Positions 40,501-52,500 of a DNA stretch of 64,000 nucleotides are shown here, one piece after another (positions within the stretch are counted from its first letter, which is position 1; the number at the start of each line of letters is the position of its first letter). A model generated the notes under the pieces. It saw only the letters and a program-made list of their open reading frames with translations, searched no databases and was not told the origin of the DNA. Origin of the DNA: Bispira polyomma (Eukaryota). The stretch is from positions 19,220,001-19,284,000 of the forward strand of contig OZ287753.1 in assembly GCA_965649765.1 (NCBI GenBank), in the 5' to 3' direction. The position numbers and the translations under genes were made by a program.

Positions 40501-43500
40501 TACACACTGCCACTGTATTATATGTCCCAAAATATATATCAAAACGACATGTAAAATATTTAAATTATCATATAATTAAAATAGATGTCATTCTTTAATA
40601 TTTCTACTCATAAAAATGTAAATATGTTTTTCATAAATTGAGTTTAAGACAACAAAATAAAAGTTGTGCAGTTTCAGAGAAGCTTCAGCACACATAACGT
40701 GATTATCGGCGATCGCTTTATGTGTTTACGTTACTAAACCCTTAAGGCTGTATATGACAGTCTATGATGCTCAGCTATGGTTGTAAATATATTAGTCAAT
40801 ACATACATAAATTATACAGTATAACCTCTGTTATCCAAACTTTTGTCATCTGAATATCCAGTTTTATTACCACAATTACGGTCTCTCAAACTTACATATA
40901 TCCCAAAATACCTCTTCTATTTTGTAAACCACATACATTATCTAAACCACATCTTATTCCCAGTACATACTTCATACTTCTATTTGTAGACCCTTTGTCT
41001 TTTTTTTGTCATCAGATAGTGGTGGTGCACTAAACCATTAGTGTTGGTATACTGACCAGTTAGAGTTTGTATACTGATCTCTCAGTGGTGGTGTTCCTCT
41101 ATCTATGGCCAGTAATTTCAGTGTATACTGATCAGTTAGCTTTTGTATACTGACTAGTTAGTGTTTTTGTACTCACCAGTTAGCGTTTGTATACTGACCA
41201 GTCAGTGGTGGTATACTGACCCGTTAGAGTTTGTATACTGATCTGTTAGTGGCGGTGTTCCTCTATCTATGGCCAGTATTTTCAGTGTATACTGACCAGT
41301 TAGTGGTGGTGTACACTGACCAGTTAGTGGTGGTGTACTGACCAGTTAGTGTTTGTATACTGACCAGTTAGTGTTTGTATACTGACCAGTTAGTGCTATA
41401 ATGACCAGTTAGTGTTTGTATACTGATTAGTTACTGACCAGTTAGTGTTTCTATACTGACCAGATAGTGTTTGTATACTGACCAGTTTGTGTTTGTATAC
41501 TGACCAGTCAGTGTTTGTATACTGACCAGTTAGTGTTTGTATACTGACCAGTTATTGGTGTACTGACTAGTTAGTGTTTGTGTACTCACCCGTTAGTGGT
41601 GGTGTTCCTCTATCTATAGCCAGTATTTTCAGTGTATACTCTGTAGCGTAGACGTCTCTATCCAGATTTGCCCCACTCTCCACTGTAATGCTTCCTGTCT
41701 GAGCGTTTATACGGAACTTGTCCAGACCTCCACTGTCCAGTCGGTAGATGACCTCATTGTTAGGGGCTGTGATGTCATCGTCATTAGCGTGGACAGTTTC
41801 TACTTGGAAGCCTGGGGATAGATTATATTAAAAGAGGAACTGTATCTGATATTCGTCATCCCTACAATTTAAGCTAAATCAATTAAAACTGGGCGAAAAA
41901 TAACTGGAATTTAGGTAAGGCAAAATAGTCATAAAAATCTCAATTTCAGGAAATATTACCCACAATTGTCCAAAAAAACATTTTCTAGGTGGAAAATTTT
42001 AGAATTTTGGACTCCTTACTCTAGAATACACACAAGACAATATCATTATGTGATACAATATTAATTTATTTTACACAAACATGCTTATTTGAAAAAATAA
42101 ACAGCATTTTCTGGTTGTCAAATAAATATTAAAATTATACATGTAGCTAAAGAAATGTTATTTCATCCTGTTTTATTCAGTTGGTCTAGTCAAAATAACC
42201 CTTTTGCCACCAATGGAGAGTAATTTTACTAAACCAAGGGAGAAAACTTTGACCCACTTCCATGACGTCACAGATGATGTTTTTGCTACTACTTATTACC
42301 AGTACCTCACAAATGAAAACATATCTTTAATTTTATGTTAAAAGCACCATACCACATAGATTGTATTCAGTGTTACAGGTGCATAGCCACCATTAACGCC
42401 AGTACGCCCACTAATTAAATTTCTGGGGAGTATAAAATGAAAAATCCTGGCTACTCCCCTGAGTTAATACTACATTTTTCAATCTCTGGTCTCCTTAACA
42501 AAATATCTACATACGATGCCATCATACAATTAAATTTTTTTTCAATATTTCCAATTTTTAGGGGTTAAATCTCGTTTTTTTTTGTTTATTGTTAACCAAA
42601 TGATTTGTTGTCGGAACTTATTTTTCATTTCCTTTTGCAAGTAATATATAGTAGAAACACTTACCGCCGGCACTATTTTCTAAGATGGCCGTCTCATAGA
42701 AGTGTTCGTCAAAGTAGGGCGCCTCGTCATTCTCATCCTGGACATTGATGGTTACCAAGACGGTGGAGTTGAGTGGAAACGTACCCATGTCCTCTGCCAT
42801 CACAGTCAGTACAAACATGCCAGTCATGCTAGGATCCATGGCTTCATAATCCAAAGGGCCGTTAAGTTTGATCTCACCGGATTCCGAGTCGATGGTAAAG
42901 TTTGACAGGGGATCACCTCGGATCACAAAGAAATGGATCTTGTCGTTGGGTGGGAGGTCTCTATCTGTGGCCTGTGGGGGGAGGAGAGATATTTCATATT
43001 TTATTAAGGAATAAATCTGTTTGTGTATATTCAGCATGACCCTATAAATTAATTATTTAGCTATATCCAATATTCTTTCTTTTTTTGTTTATTTTTTTGT
43101 TGTTCTCATTCAGATGGACTTATATTTTTTTACATAATATATAATAAACATTAATAAATAAATTAATAAGTAAATATTAAAAAACGTTTTTCAAGTACAG
43201 TAGAACCTTTATTATCTGAACATGTTAAAATAGCAAAAATATTCTGTTTTAAATAACAGAAGGTTCGTAAAATAGAAGTGGCAATTTGATGTAAAAAGAT
43301 AGGAAAATCGAATGTTTAAAGTACAGTAGAATCTTTATTATCCAAACATGTTGGAAGAACAATTTTTTCTTTGGAAAATAGAAGGTTCATCAAATAGAAG
43401 CGCCGATTTATTATTAAAACAATAGGAAAATGCAAATTTAGGAGATTGAAACTGTGATCGTAAAATTGGGCCAAATTGATGACAATGGCTTATCAAGGCC

Positions 43501-46500
43501 CTTATTCTAGGAAGGATAGAATGTATACTCTACAATTATACAAATAGCTATCATCAAAGAAATTGTCCATTATTTTGCTGATTTTAGTCCTTGTTTAGCA
43601 GAGATGCTGGCTATAGTTATAGTCACAGACAAACATTAAATTAACGACTTTGAATACCGCCCAAAGATAGATAAAGGTGCTGGGTATTAAATTTTGAATA
43701 CCAATACACACTATACCCACCTCTATGACCAGAGATCGCTCCAACTGCCCTTCGTTTTCCCTCACATAACCCTCGTATTCCGACCTCAGTATCTCCGGAG
43801 CATTGTCGTTCTCATCAGTTAGGCTGATTTCAAACACGACGGAGGTCCTCAGTCCTCCCCCATCCACAGCTTCAAAGGTCAGGTAGTGCGTGTCTTGTGT
43901 CTCTCGGTCTAACAGACTGTGGTCCTTGTCCGCAGCCACATCTACGTACACCATGCCATCGAACACCGTGACACGGAATAGGGAAAAACTGGCACCTTTT
44001 AATTGGTACTTCAAGGTGCCGAATACTCCTGTGTCTTTATCTGTGGCCTATGATAGTAGAATAGTAGATGGTGCGTTTAGTTTGTACACCTATGGCGCTT
44101 TATTCACAAAAGGTCTTATTCTTAACTTAGTCCTAAACTTAACATTTATATCTAAAGTCTGACATATTAAAGACTACCTACTCTTAGACTAGGTGTTAAA
44201 AGCAAAGTTAACACTAACCAAAGATATTTCTTGCTGTAACAGGGAATAAGACCCAAATCTTCAACTTAAGACAAAGTTAAAACTTTTTGTGAATACGGCC
44301 CCTAGGTTTGTTATACAGAACCTAAAAACTTCTTATCTCAGTTGAATAATAATCATACCTCAAATCCGACTGTGTATTTGAATCCAGTGCTAAAAGCTGA
44401 ATTCAAAGGAATGGTGGAATGTATAGGCTATTCCAACAAAACCTTCATTTGAGTATGAGTTTGATACTAGAATAATAGATATTACATAGACGTTTAATTT
44501 GTATATCAGTGTGATCGTATTCACAAAAGTGTCTTAGTGTCTTCACTTAGTCTTAAGCTTTAAACATTTATGTCTAAAATATTTGAGATTACATATTGTT
44601 AGTTTTGGTGTTAAGAGCAAAGTGAACACTGACCGAAAGATACCAAGTTCAGAGAATGAAAATGAGTTTAATAAAATCAACAATTTGGATAATAGAAGTT
44701 TGGATGATAGAGGTTTTAGTGTATTTTTTTTATAAACAACGGCTGTCTCAGGTGCTGGTCATACAATATACTAAGCGACAAAACTGTATCAAACTCTCTA
44801 ATAAATCTCCTGCATATGTCTGTACTTACTGTTATGTTGGTAATGTAGGTGTCTTTAGGTGAGTTTTCCCTCACTGATGCGTTGTATTTCTCTTGGTCAA
44901 ACTCGGGCCAGTTGTCATTCACATCCTCTAAGTAGATGATCACCCGTGTACAGTTGTGTCGTCTTTCAGATGTTAAATGCTCTCTGGCCACAACCTTCAA
45001 AGTGTGAAGAAGTTAAGTGTGACTCTCATTTAATAGTCTTGAGAATGGCCAAGTCAGAAATATATGTAGAACCTCTATTATCTGAAGATGTTGGGAGAGC
45101 AAGATTATGTTGTTTACATAAAAGAAGGTTCATAAACTAGAAGAGACATTTTACCGTATGTATAAAACAATAGGAAAACAGAAATTAGGGCAAGTGGATA
45201 TTGAATATTCATTCAATTGTTTAAGGCTTTAGTAACGTAAACACATAAATGCCCTGCCGAAATATTATGCTTCTTTTACGTATATTAATTCTAGTAGATA
45301 TACCCCATATATTGGCCTTAAAATGGTTGTTTAGTGCCAGTATTAACCAATTTTATATGCAAATACAATTTAAAACTTCATTATTTTGTTGAAAAGTGAT
45401 TAAAAGAGCCATATAATGATTCTGGTATTGTGACGTCACACAATTTGAAATCTGTGTACGAGCGTCATATTTGTAAACAAATCTCGAAGACAAGCCTTTC
45501 TATTGTGACACAATACGAGTATTGATTCAACACATATACAGACATTATATATGCTAAACAACTTTAGATAACATGTATATTATTTCTTATGATTTACATT
45601 TTTCAATATGTTTCCTTATTTTATAAAAACGAAGAATACAAACATCTTTCTGTTTAGAAGAGTCTAACTTTAATGTTTTTTCTATAATTGTCCCCGTTTT
45701 TGTGGTTTTATTAAAACGAATTCATTCAAAATAATGCTGAGGTTTAGCTTTTTCTAGTCATGCCCAATACTTCAGTATTGATTCTTTCTTGGTATGTGAA
45801 TTGTGTCACGTTTGTGAAGCATGTACTTTGAAAATATTACACATTTTAGTTACCATTTACACACTGCTATATATGCATTGTATGTCTGAAAATACTTATG
45901 AAAATGACACGTAAAATATATGAATTAGTATATAATTAAAATATATGGCATTGTTTATTATTTTTACAAATGAAAAATGTAAATAAGTCATCAATAAATC
46001 GAATTTATGGGGACAAAAAAAAAGTGTGCAGTTTCTGAGAAGCTCCAACAGACATAATGTGGTTTTCGGCGATCGTTTTATACGTTTACGTTACTAAAGC
46101 CTTAATGCATGTTATCTCTAGAAATAGAGTGAAAACGTATAACATTAGAAGTTAAACTTACATCAAAGTTGAACTGTGTAACTTTCTCGTAATCCAGTGC
46201 CTCCGACTCATTGACTCTGAGTACAAGGTTGGCTTCATTCAGAACACTGGAAGGGAACACTTCAAATACGTAAAACGGCTCGCCATTTTGTTCTAGGCTC
46301 AGTTCAAACTTTCCATTGTCACCCTAAACACACACACAATAAAAACATCAGCTTCACCAACCAGGATTTACATTTAAACAGACTGAAATGTAACAGAACC
46401 CCTTTTATTATACTGAGCATTTAAAAAAGCCATATTGATATATCATCGTCAGGCTGATTTTCCAAAAATGATAGTCCTACAACATGGCCTTGGTCATCAT

Positions 46501-49500
46501 CAGTAGACAATGGCATGTTCATAGATTGCCTTAGGATGTTATTGATTTTCTGTTTTAAATATTATGTAAAATTGACACTATAAAAATGTCGGAAATTCCC
46601 GTAACGACTTATTTTTTAATACATTATCATATGTGTCGTGTGATAGGAAAAAATTTATATAACAGTCCATATATCATTGTAGTAGAGTGGGATATATGTA
46701 GTGTAGTAGTGTGTAATAAATAGAGAGAGTGTCACATGCCTTGTCTAAGTCTATGACAGTCATCTCTGTTGTTTCAGGAAGGAATGTGACAGGAATCCTC
46801 TTCTGCGTGTTTTCCATCACAATACCAGTGTACTCCGTCTTAGAGAAGCTGGGTGTCTGGTCGTTAACGTCTTTAATGCGGATCATCACAAGTGCAGTGG
46901 CTGTTGTGGGGCCCTGGGGGGTCGGAGTGTCTTCTTGTGTCTGGTAGAGATGAATAAAGGCAATACAAGGGAAAGCTCTGTTATCTGAACTTCTGTTATT
47001 CAAATAGACGATTTTATTAACTCAGTATCATCCTAATAAATTAACATTTTCGTATTCGTTTGTACTAAAATACTCTACTAAAAAATAGATAAAATACTAT
47101 AAGCCTCTAATATTCACATATCAGATGTGTTCCTATACTTTAGCAATATGATCATTTCTTTACAGAAGTCTATAAAATATACTGTAAGCTACAAAAGTTG
47201 AAAACCATACAGTGGTGGCTAGGCATCCTTAATACTTAAAGATATGCTTTTTGATATTTTAACAATAGATTCTATTGGATTTCAGATAGTTGACTGTTTT
47301 AATGGTTCTTCCTTGCTCATATTGCAATCAACTATACCTTAGTCCTACAAAAGTTCACCATGTTATGTATGAGCTAAAAGGCCAAGGTCTAATTCATGGC
47401 TCAGATAAACACAGCAACCATATCCTAAAAGTATTGATTTTTCTCACTGATCTCACTATGCGCACATGAAGAGTATTCTCTTCACATCTACAATGTACAC
47501 ATATTCGCTTGAACAGTGCAATTATCTAAGTTTATTACAAGGTATAAAACTGTCATTCTTTACAAGGGATTTTATGTACCAGTATTCCGATGTTTAGCAC
47601 TCCAAAGAGCTCCAGGACTTGAGGATCTTCCCTATCCAGTGACTGACTCACAGAGATCACACCAGTTGAGGCATTGATGTGGAAGAACTGATGAAGACCT
47701 GATTCAGAACAAGGAAACACATGGAACCCCTAGGGTGGTATTCACAAGACGACTAAGCCCAGACTTTGTCTCAGATATAGTACACTTTTGTACTACTGGT
47801 AGTTTTAGGAAAATGTCTAGACACCTGGGTTCATCATATTTACTTAATTACTGTATTTATCTCAATGAACGCTGCCTTCCCAATAAACACCTCCCCCGCC
47901 CCTCAATTTACAAAATGTCAACTGCTGTTGAAATGATGTTGATCCTAAAACCTTCAATGTATCAGAATAGAGGATTATTATTAATAAAGTAACTTATATT
48001 ATTAAATATTATTATATTATATTTACTGTAAAATCAACTTTAATTATCACCAACTGGATTCACCCTCCAATATTTGGTGTCTAATAGTGGCCCACTTTTA
48101 GAAAAATACATTTTCCTGGGGCAGGCGGTGGATTGGTGGCAGTATGCAGTCCATAAGGATAAATCTGGTATGGAAATGGAGATGTCTAAGTTCGTAGTAC
48201 ATATTGGACTTCCTCGCTGAAAGCTCTATTAAAATGAATGTGAGGTGTTACCTGATGTAAAGGTGTAGTTGACAGGGTTGGGCACTCCCCGGTCACCATC
48301 CATAGCTGACACTTGTAACACAGAGGTACCCTGGGTAAAAAAGTGACAACAAACGTTATAGAAGTGTTTGTGAAATGTTCATTACAGTTACCAGTGTGGT
48401 ATATACCTGATCATCACTTGTATGGGATAATAATAGTGAAACTTTCTATTATCTAAGCAGCTTAGGAGAGTGTCAATTTAATTGGATTATTGAATGTTCA
48501 AATGAATTCATCAGTTCAAGACTAAAATAATTTAACAACAAAATAAATTAATAAATTTAATATATTCAGATAATAGAAGTTCGCTTAATAAGGTGCACTG
48601 TGGCTTTGTATATTTTTGTGCTATAGTATTTTACAACTGACTTAGTTTTAAGAGAGACCATGAAAAAGACAAAAATATTCAATAGGTCCACCATATACTA
48701 CCTTGATAATCTACTATCATGCAAAGGAAACAAACTTATACAATTTCTTTTTTTCACGTTACTTTAATGGCCTTCCATGGTACCTCTTGTATGAAAGTAA
48801 TTCAATAACACTGTTATATGTATTCCTAGGTCTCTCATTCACTCACCACTGTCGCATTTTCATACACATCTGCCATGTAGGGAAGGTTCTGGAAGAATGG
48901 GGCTGTGTCCTGGACATCCACAATGTTGATTAGTAGATCTGTGGTGCTGTTCAGGTAACCACCATCCTAAAAGTCAAAACACAACTTCAGAATGCCTCTT
49001 TTTGTATTGTATTGTAATATGGGTTTCCAACATTCCAGGGGAGTATCTACGATTTTTCATTTGGTACTCCCAAATTTATCCAAATATCATGTTTGTTTTG
49101 GTGCTAGCATAAATTTGATTCATAGGGGGGGGGGGGGGGGGGGGAAGGGGCACTCATTCTGACATTAACTTTTTTTTTTATTCTATTTACTTTAGTGCTA
49201 CCATAAATTTGTGGGGAGGAGGGGGGGTCAATCGGTCATTATATTTTTTTTTATTAGGTTTTTTTTGTTTGTATTTTATAATTTTTTCTGTCATTAAATT
49301 CGTATGCCTAGGCGTACTGGCTTCTACACAAGCTAACTAGCTACACCCCTGCATTCATTATTGATGCTAGATATCTTCAAAAGCGCCACATCAAAATTGA
49401 TAAGACATGCCATAGTCAAAAAAACAAATTGCTAGATCATAAGGATGAACTTCATAAAAAAATTACACAACAATAGTCTAACAAAGAAATGTACTCATTA

Positions 49501-52500
49501 TAGTACAGGTCAACCTTTATTGTCTAAACATGTTGGGAGAGCGAGCTATTGTTTGGGTAATAGAAGGTTATAAAATAGTGGAGGCATTTTAGTACAAAGT
49601 AATAGGAAAGCATAAATTTAAGAGGGTGAAAATTAGTTCATAAAATAGAATATTAGGATAAGAAACGTTTAAATGATAGAGGTTCTACTGTATATGTAAA
49701 ACTTACACAAAATAAAATGTTTTTTACACAGCAGGAAATCTATTTAACAGGGTATATTTAAATTTTAGTAAATTTTTACTGGTTCTGGTTGGCTGCACAC
49801 TTACAGTCAGTCAGGGGAATGACAGTTACTGGTGCTGGTTGATTGGACATGTACAGAGTCAGGGGAATGACAGTTACTGGTGCTGGTTGACTGTACATGT
49901 ACAGAGTCAGGGGAATGACAGTTACTGGTGCTAGTTGGCTGCACATGTACAGTCAGTCAGGAAAATGACAGTTACTGGTGCTGGTTGGCTGCACATGTAC
50001 AGTCAGTGAGGGGAATGACAGTTACTGGTGCTAGTTGGCTGCACATGTACAGTCAGTCAGAGGAATGACAGTTACTGGTGCTAGTTGGCTGCACATGTAC
50101 AGTCAGTCAGAGGAATGACAGTTACTGGTGCTGGTTGGCTGCACATGTACAGTCAGTCAGGAGAATGACAGTTACTGGTGCTAGTTGGCTGCACATGTAC
50201 AGTCAGTCAGGAGAATAACAGTTACTGGTGCTGGTTGGCTGCACATGTACAGTCAGTGAGGGGAATGACAGTTACTGGTGCTGGTTTGCTGCACATGTAC
50301 AGTCAGTGAGGGGAATGACAGTTACTGGTGCTGGTTGACTGGACATGTACAGTCAGTGAGGGGAATGACAGTTACTGGTGCTGGTTGACTGGACATGTAC
50401 AGTCAGTGAGGGGAATGGCAGTTACTGGTGCTGGTTGACTGTACATGTACAGAGTCAGGGGAATGACAGTTACTGGTGCTAGTTGGCTGTACATGTACAG
50501 TCAGTCAGGGGAATGACAGTTACTGGTGCTGGTTGGCTGCACATGTACAGTCAGTCAGGGAAATGACAGTTAGTGGTGCTAGTTGGCTGCACATGTACAG
50601 TCAGTCAGGAGAATGACAGTTACTGGTACTAGTTGGCTGCACATGTACAGTCAGTGAGGGAATGACAGTTACTGGTGCTAGTTGGCTGCAGATGTACAGT
50701 CAGTCAGGAGAATGACAGTTACTGGTGCTAGTTGGCCGCACATGTACAGTCAATGAGGGGAATGACAGTTACTGGTGCTAGTTGGCTGCACATGTACAGT
50801 CAGTCAAGAGAATGACAGTTACTGGTGCTGGTTGGCTGCAGATGTACAGTCAGTCAGGAGAATAACAGTTACTGGTGCTGGTTGGCTGCACATGTACAGT
50901 CAGTCAGGGGAATGACAGTTAGTGGTGCTGGTTGGCTGCACATGTACAGTCAGTGAGGGGAATGACAGTTACTGGTGCTAGTTGGCTGCACATGTACAGT
51001 CAGTCAGGAGAATGACAGTTACTGGTGCTGGTTGGCTGCAGATGTACAGTCAGTCAGGAGAATAACAGTTACTGGTGCTGGTTGGCTGCACATGTACAGT
51101 CAGTCAGGGGAATGACAGTTAGTGGTGCTGGTTGGCTGCACATGTACAGTCAGTGAGGGGAATGACAGTTACTGGTGCTGGTTGACTGGACATGTACAGT
51201 CAGTCAGGGGAATGACAGTTACTGGTGCTGGTTGGCTGTACTTGTCACTTGACGATTTAGTTAGGGGAATAACATTAACTGGTGCAGGTTCATTGCAGTC
51301 AAAAAACTGAAGAAGTGAACAAAAATGAGATACCAAATAATACCGAAAGATATCAAACGCCTCTTGATAAAGGGGCACACTGACTTAACATTCAAGGGAC
51401 ATGTTTATGTTTGTTACATATGCATTCACTATATATATGTATTTTTAGTGGCCTTTTATCAGGATGAAATCTACACACTACAGGATGGTAACTGTTAAAT
51501 TGGTGTGTAACAAAAGTAGTTCAGTATGATCAAAGTGCCACCTAGTGAATGCCAATTGCATCATTTTGACAGATGGTTGAAACATGTCCACTGAGCCTTA
51601 ACAACATATGTTCCTAACTGACTCTGGCTCTATATACTTACAATGGCTGTGATTTCCAGCTGATAGAATTTCTCCTTCTCATAATCCACGGTATTTTTCA
51701 GTATGACATCACCGTCCAGTTGGTCTATCACAAACAGGCCTTGGGGTGTCTGAAATATCAAACAACTTGTATACAACAGACATTGTGGTGTCTGAAATAA
51801 GGAGAAATATGTATAGGATCATTAAAAACAGTCAAAATCCTTTAAGTGGAACTCTGTTAAGTCGATTTCTCTTTGATGTGTAGAATATGTTGCAGTCAGA
51901 CAAAAACCTATTATAAACTACCCTGTTGAGTGGAAATCCTGCTAAAGTAGAGACATTTCAACTGGTCTCTTGAGATTCGACTTAAAAGGGTTTAACTGTG
52001 CATGTAATACAGTATAACAAGACAAGGTGGCCATACGTTGTCTCAGGGACCTGTGTACCTTGACAGTACAAAAGGCTTCAGTTAAGCAATACAGTATAAC
52101 ACGACAAGGTGGCCAGATGTTGTCAGGGACCTGTGTACCTTGACAGTACAAAAGGCTTAAGTCAAGTAATACAGTATAACATGACAAGGTGGCTAGATGT
52201 TGTCAGTGACCTGGGTACCTTGAAGGTACAAAAGGCTCAAGTCAAGTAATACAGTATAACACGACAAGGTGGCTAGATGTTGTCAGTGACCTGTGTACCT
52301 TGACAGTACAAAAGACTCAAGTCAAGTAATACAGTATAACACGACAAGGTGGCCAGATGTTGTCAGGGATCTGTGTACCTTGAAGGTACAAAAGGCTTAA
52401 GTCAAGTAATACAGTATAACATGACAAGGTGGCTAGATGTTGTCAGTGACCTGTGTACCTTGACGGTACAAAAGGCTTAAGTAAATAAGTAAGTCATAGA

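Noticed and set aside
46430-46510. Two minus-strand CTGAYGA motifs followed by short stems, resembling minimal hammerheads
   Set aside because: Both lack the GAAA core and a clear stem III; decayed remnants at best.
49778-52482. Regular repeats resembling CRISPR arrays; ORFs 51122-51310, 51169-51378 and 51942-52187
   Set aside because: No unique spacers, eukaryotic intron; the ORFs are translations of repeat units.
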